From Octopus sinensis (lineage: Eukaryota), in the NCBI RefSeq assembly GCF_006345805.1, contig NC_043011.1, positions 28,222,464-28,286,463 on the forward strand: DNA of 64,000 nucleotides. Direction: 5' to 3'. The translations under genes were made by a program, and so were the position numbers. Under the pieces are notes generated by a model. That model had not been told where the DNA came from. It did not search any database and worked only from the letters and a program-made list of their open reading frames with translations. Positions within the stretch are counted from its first letter, which is position 1. The number at the start of each line of letters is the position of its first letter. Positions 11,728 to 25,663 of this stretch are shown piece after piece.

Positions 11728-11897
11728 TATGCTTCTTTATTAGCCACACAGGGCTGAACACAGAGGGGACAAATTACAAAGTAGAGCATTTCTTTTGGGG
11801 GAGAAAAAAACAAAGAAGTGGGGTAGGTTTTCGATCAAAAGGGATCGTAAAAAAAAAAAACGATCAATAGGGATCGTGTATCACAGAAATGTCGTGC
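11728..11897 (-). mobile_element. 3' UTR fragment of Tx1/L1-type LINE (same family as 60882-61389)
   Basis: Reverse complement of gacatttctgtgatacacgatccc...aagaaatgctctac...tttgtccc; abuts (GATA)n. Confidence 0.7.
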
Positions 11898-11977
<80 letters not shown>

Positions 11978-12029
11978 GGACAGATGGACAGACAGACAGA
12001 CAGACAGACAGATAGACAGACAGACAGAC

Positions 12030-12103
<74 letters not shown>
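11898..12103. repeat. (GATA)n/(GACA)n microsatellite
   Basis: Direct reading. Confidence 0.95.
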
Positions 12104-12104
<1 letters not shown>

Positions 12105-12248
12105 CACAAATCAAAATCGAAAAAGAGATCATATCCATAACAACCATTCAGTATCTCAATAAATTTCTATAAGAAGTACCAAGCAAAATACCGATAACAG
12201 GATACAGTCCATCAAAATATGACTTAAAATAATAATAATATAGTCGGA

Positions 12249-12474
12249 AGGCGGCGAGTTGGCAGTAACGTTAGCACGCCGTGCGAAATGCTTACCAGTG
12301 TTTCATCTGTCTTTACGTTCTGAGTTCAGATTCCGCCGAGATTGACTTTGCCTTTCATCCTTTCGGGGGTCAATAAATTAAGTACCAGTTGCGTACTGAT
12401 ACTTGCGGACGATCTAATCGACTGGCGCCTCCTCTCCAAAATCTTCGGTCCTTGTGCCTAGAGTAGAAAAGAAT
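12249..12474 (+). mobile_element. SINE family A
   Basis: aggcggcgagttggcag...gcctttcatcctttcggg...taagtaccagttgcgtact. Confidence 0.85.
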
Positions 12475-12732
12475 AATATAATACTACAGTTTGTAATATT
12501 ATGTTGGGCTTAATCTGGTCCAATAATAGCCAAAACTTATTTCAATTCTTTTCTTCTTTTCTTTACATCACTTCTCATAAATAAATCTCAGTCACACAAC
12601 AGAACGTTTGCTATTCTATAAACGTGGCAAAATATGATTATACTTGCCAGGAAAATATTTCATAAGACCAAGTATTAGTAACTGCAACGATTTTCATTGT
12701 AATATCTTCATATATACTTGCATGTGTGTGTG

Positions 12733-12816
<84 letters not shown>

Positions 12817-12818
12817 AC

Positions 12819-13025
12819 AGTTAATCCAAACATGAAAACACAAAGAGAAAATACAACAACGCGAGGAAGTGGAACAAATATAGTATTATTAGACGCTCAG
12901 GAAGGAAGAGAAGAAGGAGGGTTTAACGTTTCGAGCGGAGCTCTTCGTCAGAAACAGAGGAAAAGGAAAGATCCATAGAAGGGAAAACGGAGGAAAAAAA
13001 TCGCCAACGGTACACACGCGGTCAC

Positions 13026-13027
<2 letters not shown>
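12819..13027 (-). mobile_element. PLE 3' end fragment, same family as 6797-7000
   Basis: gttaatccaaacatgaaaaca...acacacgcggtcacat between (TA)n tracts. Confidence 0.75.
12921..12955 (-). ncRNA. Minimal type I hammerhead ribozyme, intact consensus core
   Basis: GUUU-CUGACGA-A-GAGC(ucc)GCUC-GAAAC-GUU-AAAC; loop-less palindromic stem III (ACGU) as in dimer-type PLE hammerheads. Confidence 0.85.
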
Positions 13028-13056
<29 letters not shown>

Positions 13057-13095
13057 GAGGCGCAATGGCCCAGTGGTCAAGGCAGCGGACTCGCG

Positions 13096-13245
13096 GTCGA
13101 AGGATCGCGGTTTCGATTCCCAGACCGGGTGTTGTGTGTGTTTATTGAGCGAAAACACCTAAAAGCTCCACGAGGCTCCGGCAGGGAGTGGTGGCGACCC
13201 ATGTTGTGCTCTTTCGCCACAACTTTCTCTCACTCTCTCTTCCTT
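13096..13245 (+). mobile_element. SINE family C 5' part
   Basis: ggaggcgcaatggcccagtgg...gtttcgattcccagaccggg. Confidence 0.85.
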
Positions 13246-13909
13246 TTTCTTGATGGAGGATAAAACGAAGTACAGAATTAATTGGTCCATAGTAAGGTAT
13301 GCAAAACCATACGATATTATTTCCAGAGATGCCGTCTCTGCTCCGCGGAATCCCTATCTATTCTGTGGACTAGCGAGAAGATAATTACTAGAATTTCTGA
13401 ACTACACTCGATATGCCTACGGGTATATAAATGTACTTTCGCACAATGCAGTGATAATGAATTTTGCGTAACCGTTAACTTAATTTAATTTAAGGTATGG
13501 ATGTAAATAAGATATGGAGTAAATATCTAACTCGCTTTGTGATCATGAGTGCACCAAACCTCATATGTGCATATGCTCACATTTTGGGTGATGCTTGTAT
13601 GAGTGAGTGTACTCACGCCATGCACTTGCTTGAAGGTGTTTATACATCCATATCTGTTAACGGTTATTTTTAATACTTTTCTCGCTGGGTTGCGTGTTCG
13701 TTTCTCTTTTTGTCATCTGTGATTTTAATTTTGATCTATATAAATGAAGATATTTCCTCCTTCTGGTTGTTTTTTCTCTCTACGATACGGAAAGCTATAT
13801 TGCGGAACAGTCATTTTCACGAGCTGTATTTATTTATTTATCACCCGACGAGATACATCTGCACCACCGGATGCTCCTGAACCAGCTGTTGACTGTCCCA
13901 CCCAAGAGG

Positions 13910-13988
13910 AATTGATGATAGACGTGTCGAAACAATTGTGATTAATAATAAATTCTCGTATATTTCATCCTCTGTCTTTCATGTGTTA
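13910..13988 (+). mobile_element. Degenerate PLE-like 3' end with decayed hammerhead
   Basis: UUGAUGA-ua-GAC(gu)GUC-GAAAC-AAUU-GUG, then AATAAA and (TA)n; G at the cleavage position. Confidence 0.4.
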
Positions 13989-14498
13989 TATATACATATA
14001 TATAAAGAGAGAGAGACATATTCATACATGTTTATATGTATATGTATATGTGTGTGTCTGTGTGTGTGTGCGTCTGTGTCTGTGTGTGTTTGTGTAGAGG
14101 TATTCACACAAGTACTCACAAAAAGGTTTATGTGCGTGTTGAATTCAATTGGTATTATTTCCATCGTATGAAGTTCAACAACTAAAATGATGGCAATGTA
14201 CAGCAATACAAATGAAATGATGAACTGATTAAAAAACAAATGGAAACGAATCAATGCTAAATATAACAGTACATGCTAAGCATCGTTTATTTGAATTTTC
14301 TCAGCATGGAATATAATACTAGCCAAATCAACAGGAGCTTATTGAGGAATATAAATAGACTTCCTTTACATATAAACATGCACTTATATTTGTCTATATG
14401 GGGATATCCGTAAACATACATATACACACACACACATTTATACACATGTATATGTATGTATTTGCATGTAAGTATATATATATTTTTTTTTTCGATGT

Positions 14499-14584
<86 letters not shown>

Positions 14585-15157
14585 ATATATATATTGTAGA
14601 TATATTGTGGTAGAGAGTAAAAGAGAAGCAATCTTACGTACATTCGTATACTTTATCAAGAAGCCCTCGGCGATATCTGGCAGTAATTTATACGATGCTT
14701 TGCATTTGTAAGTTATATTGCATTGCGCGTTTGATATGCCTAGAGGTATTTGTTTTACCTTAATAAAAAATAAATCAACAACAAAGAAAAGCAAAACAAA
14801 AAAAAAATGGAAACTAGTAAATGAAAAATTCTTTATTTAAATCATATCAGGTATAGTCGAGGATCTTGCCGTTTCAGTTTGTTTGTGAAGTGTGGTTGCT
14901 GTTTGTTTATCCAAGATGCAGTCAGCCATCAGAGGTTTTGGATCTTAATTTATTCAGCGTAAAACGAAAAGAATACACAAATAAACTCACAGCTGTGGAG
15001 TCGGTAACATAATTTATAGTTAAATAGATTAAATACTATTCTAGAAAACAAAATGAATATTTGATATACAATCAACAGAAAACATTTCTTTTATGTATTG
15101 CCTCAGATGAAGAAATTGGGAATACGAACCTAAGATGTTTAACATGTGTGTGCGTGT

Positions 15158-15234
<77 letters not shown>

Positions 15235-15237
15235 TGT

Positions 15238-15442
15238 GAGCTGGCAGAATCTTTAGCACGCTGGGCAAAATGTTCAACAGTATTTCTTTCCGTCTTTACA
15301 TTCTGAGTTCAAATTCCGCCGCGGTCGTCTTAGCGTTTCATTCTTTTGGAGACGATAAAATAAGTACCAGGCAAGCACTAGAGTCCATGTAATCGACTTA
15401 CCTCCTGCCCCGAAATTGCTAGCCTTGTTCCAAACTTTGAAA

Positions 15443-15443
<1 letters not shown>
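15238..15443 (+). mobile_element. SINE family A
   Basis: gagctggcagaatc...ttctgagttcaaattccgcc...taagtaccag. Confidence 0.8.
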
Positions 15444-15512
<69 letters not shown>

Positions 15513-15544
15513 CATCATTATTATTGTTATTGTTGTTGTTGTTG

Positions 15545-15590
<46 letters not shown>

Positions 15591-15636
15591 CATTATTATT
15601 ATTATTATCATTATTATTATTATTATTATTATCATT

Positions 15637-16190
15637 GAGTGTGAGAGCAGTGCATACCATCATAGTTACTCTGGAGTAAAATATACGAAGCACAGATACC
15701 CACCATGACTACCCGTTTGATAAGGGTACACCAGGCATATGCATCACAACCATATGTGCACGACATGCTGATCTCATATCAAGATAAACAGTGCATGACC
15801 TTGCAAGTGGGTCCAGTTAGAATTTTTTTCTGGTCGAGTACCCCATCCCGCTCAAAAGGTCCCTGAATAAGGATTGTTTAAGGATGTTGAACGAACCAAA
15901 CCATGTTTCCAAAGGTGAATTATCCAAACCTCAAAGAATTCCTTTCAACACACGGCTATGATGCTCCCCCACTACTTCTGCTCATGATCAGAGATGCACA
16001 TATCGTCAGCCACTAAGGGACATGGTCCACTGTTTAAGGTCAAACAACTGACAAGCAAATCTGTGGTATTGAGCAGAATATTTGCTGTAGCCCATCATTT
16101 ATACCAAGACAAAACAATGTACATGATAACACTTCCAATCAATTAAGATCAGAAGCCATGAGAGCCACTGTCTGGTACTGCATCAGGTCA
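15637..16190. mobile_element. ~550-bp non-coding repeat (family E) within (ATT)n, copy 1
   Basis: Co-linear with 16335-16853 (e.g. cccatcccgctcaaaaggtccctgaataagg); flanked by (ATT)n. Confidence 0.75.
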
Positions 16191-16223
16191 TTAATATTAT
16201 TATTATTATTGTTATTGTTGTTA

Positions 16224-16284
<61 letters not shown>

Positions 16285-16334
16285 GTTATTATCATTATTT
16301 TTAGTATTGTCGTTGTTGTTGTTGTTGTTTTTGT

Positions 16335-16853
16335 TGTGACACATCAAAGTGACACCGAAGTACAAATATGCGAAAACCAATATACCCATTATGACTACTC
16401 GTCTGATAAGGGTACACCAAGCACATGCATCAGTCATATGAGCGCAACATGGTTATTTCATATCAAAAGAAACAGCATAGGACATTCAGTTAGAATTTTC
16501 TTCTAGTCAAGTAGCCCATCCCGCTCAAAAGGTCCCTGAATAAGGGCTGTTTAAGGATGTTGAACGAAACACCCATGTTTCCAGAAGTGAATTATTCAAA
16601 CCACACATAATTCCTCTCAACACATGGCTCCCCCACTACTTCTGCTCTTGATCAGGGAATCCCATACTGAGAGCCACCAAGGCACATGCTCAACTGGTTA
16701 CGGTCAAACAACTGACAAATAAATCTGTGGTATTGAGCAGAATAATTTGTTGTAGCCCATGTTTTACACCAAGAGAAAATATGTACATGATAACACTTCC
16801 AATTATTTATGATCAGAAGACATGAGAGTCAGTGACAAATACTGCATCAGGGT
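16335..16853. mobile_element. Family E repeat, copy 2
   Basis: Diverged direct copy of 15637-16190. Confidence 0.75.
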
Positions 16854-16861
16854 GTGTATTA

Positions 16862-16933
<72 letters not shown>

Positions 16934-16941
16934 TTATTATT

Positions 16942-17516
16942 CAGTAGTCTTCTTTTCACGTACTTTCACTACACTACCGAGTGCGGCTCTGTGTGACTTA
17001 GGTATGTGCTGTGGTTTGCTGTGGTTCTCTTATCTTCACTGTATTGAAATTGTTTTACATAGGATGTGCGCGGTGTCTAGTAGTGCTAGTTTTTGTCTCT
17101 TATATATACTTGTAAGTCCTGGTGCTTTAGTTATATACTTGTCTGAATGTTTTTTTTTCTATCATATCTAATACGCCTACTATAATAGCAGTTGTTTCTG
17201 TTTTTAGACTCCACATTCGAGTTGCCTCTATTTCCAGATCTTTGTATTTTGAAAGTTTCGTTTAGGGAAACGTTTTCATCTGTTGGTATTGATACATCGA
17301 TTAAAAATCATTTTATTTCTTGGTTATCTCTGACAACAATATCCGGTGTTTTAGCCTTAATCTGTGTATTAGCATATCCCAGAGTATGGTTGCTTTCTCA
17401 TCTTTTGTGACCTTTTCTCGGGTGTGCCAATACCATTTTTTCTGTTGTTATTCTATAGTGTTGGCATAGTTTCCAATATATATAGGTCCCAACTCTGTTG
17501 TGTCTGTGAATATATT
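16942..17516 (-). mobile_element. 5'-truncated R4/Dong-type non-LTR retrotransposon (restriction-like endonuclease remnant)
   Basis: Frameshifted translation YIHRHNRVGTYIYWKLCQHY...ILWDM...PDIVVRD...IDVSIPTDEN...KYKDLEIEATRMW matches the RH/PD-(D/E) RLE pattern; ends in (TAA)n. Confidence 0.8.
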
Positions 17517-17557
<41 letters not shown>

Positions 17558-17585
17558 TATTATTATTATTATTATTATTATATTA

Positions 17586-17637
<52 letters not shown>

Positions 17638-17640
17638 TTG

Positions 17641-17789
17641 CCCTTACGTTCTGAACTCAAATTCTGGTGAGGTCAACTTTGCCTTTCATCCTTTCAGATT
17701 GAATGAAATAAGTAACAGTCGCGCACTGGAGTTGATATAATCGACTAGCCCCACCAAAAAATATTTCAGGCCTTGTAACTACAGAAGGA

Positions 17790-17790
<1 letters not shown>
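17641..17790 (+). mobile_element. SINE family A, 5'-truncated
   Basis: ttacgttctgaactcaaattc...gcctttcatcctttc. Confidence 0.75.
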
Positions 17791-17856
<66 letters not shown>

Positions 17857-18335
17857 GGCTTTTAATCTGAGTGTTTGATACCATCATTTCCCGGATCACA
17901 CCCTTTGACCAGGACAAGTGAATGATAATAAATGTTGAGATATATAATTGAAAGTTCGGGGGCACTATTATCTCTGCTATCTCCCTGATCATAATGACTA
18001 ATCCTTATTCATTTCGGCCATATTTCTAACTTGCGGACGTTGAATAATCCGAGGAAATTAGTTTTATTGCAGCGTTTAATCATTTTAAGAATTAAACGAA
18101 ATTTTTTTCGCATAGTACATTCAAAGACATTGCTCATATGCCGAGGCACGATCAACACCCTATTTTATATCATAATCCCATTTCTAATATGTATTACCGC
18201 TTAAGTCCCCTGCACCAACATGCAATAAAGACTATGTACACATATCTTAATTCTCACAGAGAATGAATACTTACATATAATGAATGTATGTAAGTATTTA
18301 CGGGTGTATGCATGTATGTATGGATATATTATTGT

Positions 18336-18402
<67 letters not shown>

Positions 18403-18747
18403 GTGTGTGTATATATATATATAAATGTAATACACACACACACATACACACACGCATTCACACAGACGTAGATAAACTTAAGCGTGCGGGCATATGTGGC
18501 CGAAGAAGTTCATCTATGTTTGCTATAGGTTAATGAAAGTCAAACTGGACGAAATCCGCTGAAATCCAAGATTTAATTTAATATCCGGTAAATTAAGCGT
18601 ACAAAATATCACCGTAAACAGACACATAGATAGAGAAGTACGTCTGATGGTGGATGCTTGTGTGTGCTTGTATATATAATACCTATACATAAAACAAATA
18701 TTAAACATACACATGCATATACATTTATATATGCATGTATATATTAT

Positions 18748-18813
<66 letters not shown>

Positions 18814-18888
18814 TGTATGTATATATATATATATAGATATATATATATAATATATATATATATATACACACAAAGGAAGAAAGAAAAG

Positions 18889-18947
<59 letters not shown>

Positions 18948-19527
18948 GTAGGTAGGTAGATAGATACATACATACATACATACATGAAACAAATCAAAAA
19001 TTTACTTATAAATATCCATCCATCCATACGTACATACATACATACATACATGCATACATACATACATACATACATACATACATACATACATACATACATA
19101 CATACAAAAATACCCTGATGTTGAAATTCAAATGAAGAAGCCTTTGATCTAGGTTAGAAACCAGCTCTTTCTCTGTTGGCAAGAAATTTTGAAATAAAAC
19201 TGAACAATGATATACATACATAATACATACATACATACATACATACATACATACATACATAGATTGATACTGCTGCTGCATTGAAAATGTACAGCCAATC
19301 AGAACGTTTATGTTGTAAGATCAAGGCGTTGCTGGAGCACTCTCATTAGTGGCCTTGCAAGACTACCAGATATATGGAAGATCATTGTACAAAATGAAAG
19401 AGAGTATATTTTAGATTAAAAAAGAATTTTGTTTATCTTAATTTTGAAAAATAAACGTATAAAAAAACCGCATCATTTATGGGATGAACCAATAACTACA
19501 ATGATTTTCAAAACTACTCCACAATAC

Positions 19528-19910
19528 AGTGGCTGTGTGGTAAGTAGCTTGCTTACCAACCACATTGTTCTGGGTTCAGTCCCAATGCGTCGCACCTTGG
19601 GCAAGTGTCTTCTACTAATGCTACGGGCGGACCAAAGCCTTGTGAGTGGATTTGGTAGAGGGAAACTGAAAGTAGCCCGTCGTGTATATATATAAGAGTG
19701 TGTGTAAATGTCTGTGTGTCTGTGTTCGTTCCCCCAACATCGTTTCACAACAGATGCTGGTGTGTTTACATGCCCGTAACTTAGCGGATCGGCAAAAGAG
19801 ACAGATAGAATAAGTACTAGGCTTACAAAGAATAAGTACTTGGCTCGACTTGCTCGATTAAAGGCGGTACTCCAGCATGTGAGCAGTCAAATGACTGAAA
19901 CAAGTAAGCA
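19528..19910 (+). mobile_element. SINE family B, full length (tRNA-like head, CORE-like ccttgggcaagt, internal microsatellite, CR1-like tail)
   Basis: agtggctgtgtggtaag...gggttcagtccca...caccttgggcaagtg...ggcggtactccagcatg...cagtcaaatgactgaaac. Confidence 0.85.
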
Positions 19911-19917
19911 AAATGGA

Positions 19918-20332
<415 letters not shown>

Positions 20333-20528
20333 ACATATATATATGCTTGTCCATGAAATAAAATTCCCATTGTCTTCAAAAATAAAAACATTCGACAATG
20401 TAGCTGTTTTCTCCGTTATCAAAAAGACAGGATGATCACAGCTGGAAATAATTTCAAGTATCTTCCCGCTGAAAGCTAGACTTTGACTACAACACAAACA
20501 GTATCAGCAGCTATGTTTTCTTTTCTAT

Positions 20529-20776
20529 CTACTCTTTTACTCTTTTACTTGTTTCAGTCATTTGACTGTGGCCATGCTGGGGCACCGCCTTTAGTCGAGC
20601 AAATCGACCCCAAGATTTATTCTTTGTAAGCCTTGTACTATTGGTCTCTTATTCTATTGGTCTCTTTTGCCGAACCGCTAAGTTACGGGGACGTAAACAC
20701 ACCAACATCGGTTATCAAGCGATTTTGGGGAGACAACCACAGACACACAAACATACACACGCACACACACGCACAT

Positions 20777-20814
<38 letters not shown>

Positions 20815-20987
20815 CCATATATACGACGGGCTTCTTTCAGTTTCCATCTACCAAATCCACTCACAAGGCTTTGGTCGGCCCATGGCTATAGTAGAAGACA
20901 CGTACCCAAGGTGCCACGCAGTGGGACTGAACCCGGAACCATGTGGTTCGTTAGTAAGCTACTTACCACACAGCCACTCCTACGCCT
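20529..20987 (-). mobile_element. SINE family B, full length
   Basis: Reverse complement of 19528-19910 with an internal (CA)/(TA) tract. Confidence 0.9.
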
Positions 20988-21239
20988 ATCTAGTATATCT
21001 AGTATACCAACTGTGTAATACGCGCGCTCACGCACACACACACACACACACACACATAGAAACAAGAAACACGAATACACAAACACGAACATACATCCGT
21101 TACTTTTAATTTATTTCTTCACACTTTATTACTCCATTTTCTCTCCCCACGAGAACTCTACATTATTTAATAATTTAATGAGGAAGTAATATCATGTATA
21201 TCAATATTAAAGAATGGATTAAACAGAACAGGAGGAGAA

Positions 21240-21410
21240 ATGTGAGATGGAAGAGTCGCTGAAAACGTGACGGGTATGTGACGAAAGATTTCCTGACAAT
21301 AGACATAAGATGAAATAAGAACTGTAATAAATGAGTGAAGAACTAATATATAGCGCGTGTGTTTATTTGGCAAGAAAAATACGACCGTCCGAAATATAAC
21401 AAATATTCTA
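21240..21410 (+). mobile_element. Diverged relative of the 2258-2464 PLE-like arm
   Basis: gtgacgaaaga...gcgtgtgtttatttgg...ccgaaatataacaa aligns with 2323-2464; followed by an 18-bp tandem repeat at 21405-21468. Confidence 0.5.
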
Positions 21411-22417
21411 GTAACAGCTGTCATTCTAGAAACAACTGTTATTCTAGAAACAGCTGTCATTCTAGAACGAGTATGGTTTATTATTTTGTATCATGTATTC
21501 GGTAGTGATGTTTTCGTTTTATGTGCCTATGTAACGAAGAGGAGACATGGAACTCTCTCGGCTTCCTCGTCCTTGATCTAGCGAAGCATTCAGAGCATGA
21601 CAGTTGGAGAAGGGGGTTGCTGCCCTAGCATTGTGCTGGCTCTAGTTATAGTTATGTAGACTTGAGCAATATGAAATGAAATCCTTGTTCGTTAACACAA
21701 CATAGTACTCGGACCTGCAATTGTAAACACTAGTCCAACACCGTAACAAATATACTTCCATCCTATCACCATAATTACATAAGTCTGTCACCTCTAGCCT
21801 GCAGCAACACAAAGCATATTTATCTGGATCCTCAAGGTGTTTAAACTCAGAGAAGAAGGCTCGCATTCGAATGTAACACTTATCCACGGAAGGTTTAAAT
21901 AGCATGTACCGCTGGTACGAAGTTTCAGCTGAGTGTACGGGAACAACTTGAAACGAAGTGCTTTGCTTAAATGTTAATGCAACACTTTGTCGGGAGATCG
22001 AATCATCGACCTAACGCTCATGAGCTCAAGACCCCAATCACTATGCCACTCGCTGTCAGAATATGATGCAATGAGTACTAAATTTTTGATGATTAGAGCC
22101 TTAAATCTACTTTCCACTCATGCATACTTATATAGCGCATGTATATATATATACCGGTGTTGTTCAAACGATGAATAGCTTTGCGTAAACTATTGGTTCG
22201 TTTTGTTCTCTTACTTTATTATCTTCTTATAATCATCTCATAATAATGACTTTTATGACTCGTATTACTATCTCAGTCAATCTAAATGTATATATTTGTC
22301 GTTACCTGTCATAAATAGCCTTTTTCTATTTGCAATAGGCATTTTCGTTGATTTTTCATATTTTACCCTTACATTTCCACGTGTATTTTATATTTTCTTT
22401 TCGTAACATATTTCTAC

Positions 22418-22475
<58 letters not shown>

Positions 22476-22781
22476 TGTGCGTGCGTGCGTGTGTACAGAA
22501 GGGCCATAATTCGAAAATGTAGATAGTAAAGTTGTTTGCTAACTTTATTTGGATTATCTTCCAATTATCCAGTACACAGAAACTTCTTAGAGATGCTATG
22601 TTCACCCGGGGTGAGGGGTGACTACTTTTTTTATGCAGTTTCTTGGGTTGACATGTTCCCGGGCATGTCGCTTCTTTTGGTTCGAATTTGTTTTCATTAA
22701 ACCGAAATAGCCTATAGCAAATAAGAAGCCATTTATTATAAACATACCAAACATCCATTCCGCATTTATCCATAAATATTT

Positions 22782-22795
22782 GCACACACGCGCAC

Positions 22796-22826
<31 letters not shown>

Positions 22827-23007
22827 TACACACACATACACACACGCACGCACGCACACACACACAAACACACACACATACACACACGCACGCACGCACA
22901 CACACACACACACACAACACACACACATACACACACGCACGCACGCACACACACAAACACACACACACAAACACACACACATACACGCACGCACGCACAC
23001 ATACACA

Positions 23008-23099
<92 letters not shown>
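22782..23099. repeat. (CA)n-rich compound microsatellite
   Basis: Direct reading. Confidence 0.95.
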
Positions 23100-23419
23100 G
23101 ATACTGAATTTACTGCTTCTTTCGAAAAGTTCCTGACTGCAAGACATTAATTATAGTCTGTAGATTTTGTCTTCATATAAATTTTCTTTTTGTTCATTTA
23201 TTTATCTATTTATTCATTTTACTGAGTAAGCCTCATCCAATTGCCAACACAAGATATCTGTCTGTGTATAATGTTGTTTCATTCATTATTGACCACTACA
23301 GATTCCTCTGCAGCTTCCACATGAATTTTTTTTTCTCAAAAGCACAAAAAAAAAGCCACTCATCTCAATTTTTTACCCAAGGCAAACTTCTACAACACAT
23401 GAACATCATTTCTATATCC

Positions 23420-23420
<1 letters not shown>

Positions 23421-23475
<55 letters not shown>

Positions 23476-23489
23476 GCTACTACTACTAC

Positions 23490-23520
<31 letters not shown>

Positions 23521-23549
23521 GCTACTACTACTACTAATACTACTACTAC

Positions 23550-23585
<36 letters not shown>

Positions 23586-23695
23586 CACTACCACCAGCAC
23601 CACCACCACCTCCACACCACCACCATAACCACCACACCATCACCAGCACCGTCACCACCATCACTACTCCTATTACTACTGCAACTACTACTACA
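23421..23695. repeat. (CTA)n-(AAT)n-(CAC)n trinucleotide tract
   Basis: Direct reading. Confidence 0.95.
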
Positions 23696-24164
23696 TTAAT
23701 GTTACAGAAACATCCAGAATCGACAGCAAGTTAGTGACGAAAGATCTTCATGCGAAGTACTCTAAAGAATCGCTTATGACACATTTTAAACTAAAGAAAT
23801 GCTTTCGAACGCACCTGCTTACACTCGTGAAAAAATGCTCGTCTCGTCGTTTTCCCACTCTCTCTTTTTCCTTTTCTTTCTCATCTACACTTTCTCCTCT
23901 TTGCATATATATATACTCTGTAAATGTAATATGTGACACTTATTCGGTAGCCATAATAAAACTCCGAGTTTCGGATGCCGAGGTGGAAATCCACGCCGCC
24001 ATCGAACATCGAGGTCTGTTTCATTCTATTGTTGTCTTAGAATTTTTATCAATATATATATATCCCCATGCATATATATACATATATATATGTGTGTGTG
24101 TGTGTGTGTGGTGTGTGTGTGCGTGTGCGTGTGAGTATATATAAAAAGTATGCATATGCATGTC

Positions 24165-24463
24165 TAAGTAGTTAGGGCATCGGGCTCACAATCATGAGGT
24201 ATTGTGTTCGATTCCCGGACCGGGCTGTGTGTTGTGTTCTGGAGCAAGATACTTTATTTCACCTTGCTCCAGTTCACCTACACTGTAGAAATGTGTTGCG
24301 ACTGCACTGGTGCCATGCTGCATCGCCCTTTGCCTTTCTCTTGGATAACATCGGTTGCGTGGAGAAGGGAGGCTGGTATGCATGGACGACTGCTGGTCTT
24401 CCACGAACAACCATGCACGGATTTCTCTTTCGGACGGTAACTTTCCAGGTGCAATCCCAGTCA
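24165..24463 (+). mobile_element. SINE family D (tRNA-like head)
   Basis: tagttagggcatcgggctcac...gttcgattcccggaccggg B box, then gagcaagatactttatttcac. Confidence 0.65.
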
Positions 24464-24735
24464 TGAAAATTGTTATGCATGCATATGTGTACTTATGCAT
24501 CAATGTATATGTACATGCGTATATATTTCTGCACACGTACATATTTTCCTGAGATGGGACTGGTACTTGACAGTCTAGAAATCCATTGTCTCCTCACCAA
24601 GATTCGGCCGAGTAGAAACAGCCTCAATACAATAAAGAACTTGCAATCTGGCGGAATAGAATGCAACTTAGAGAATATCGTTCTAGAAACACCAAAATGA
24701 GGAGATAGTCACTGGTGTAATATCTTGAGCATATA

Positions 24736-25134
24736 AGGCGGCGAGCTGGCAGAAACGTTAGCACACCGGGCGAAATGCTTTGTGGTATTTTGTCTGCCGT
24801 TACGTTCCGAGTTCAAATTCCGTCGAGGTCGACTTTGCCTTTCATCCTTTCGGGCTCGATTAAATAAGTACCAGTTACGCACTGGGGTCGATGTAATCGA
24901 CTTAATCCGTTTGTCTGTCCTTGTTTGTCCCCTCTGTGTTTAGCCCCTTGTGGGCAGTAAAGAAATAGGTATTTCGTCTGTCTTTGCTTTCTGAGTTCAA
25001 AACCGCTGAGGTTGACTTTGCATTTCATCCTTTCGGGGTCTATAAATTAAGTACCAGTTGCGTACATGGGTCGATCTAATCGAGTGGCCTCCTTCCCAAA
25101 AATTTTGTGCTTTGTGCCCAGAGTAGAAAAAGAT
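24736..25134 (+). mobile_element. SINE family A dimer (reference copy; core resembles the Meta-type SINE domain)
   Basis: aaggcggcgagctggcagaaacgttagc...gagttcaaattcc...gcctttcatcctttcggg.tcgattaaataagtaccag, repeated twice. The Meta assignment is from memory. Confidence 0.85.
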
Positions 25135-25499
25135 ATTTTGACCATATATTTGCTCGATCGAGCAATGAACAAAGGCAACAAAGTTTGAAATGATTTCGTT
25201 ATATATGTATATATAATTAACAAATTCATACGTTCCGGAATATTCTATATTTTATCAATCACTCTGTGATTTTAGTCATTTTTCTACTGCCATGATGGGG
25301 CACTAACTTTAAAAAATTATCAAGTGGGTATTTATTTCAGTTACTATTATTTTATTCATTCCTATTTATAAAGGCGCGAAATTATGGTATGAGTGAAATA
25401 TGATGAAACTCTATATCTGTAAACAACAGTAAACACACACTCAGACATACAGACACATATACATACATACATACATACATACATACATACATACATACA

Positions 25500-25535
<36 letters not shown>

Positions 25536-25611
25536 TACATACATACATACATATATATGTACATATGTGTGCTTTTATGTATTTTTATAGATATATTCAT
25601 ATATTTCAATG

Positions 25612-25663
<52 letters not shown>

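Noticed and set aside
14630-14672. UUGAUAA...GAA hammerhead-like string next to (TA)n
   Set aside because: Stem II is nearly absent and GAAA is broken; too degenerate to support.
21405-21468. 18-bp repeats (attctagaaacagctgtc) resembling a CRISPR array
   Set aside because: Head-to-tail minisatellite with no spacers, in a eukaryotic context with no cas genes.
23264-23734. 156-aa ORF with poly-L, Pro/His and Thr runs resembling a membrane protein
   Set aside because: Entirely explained by (CTA)/(AAT)/(CAC) tracts.
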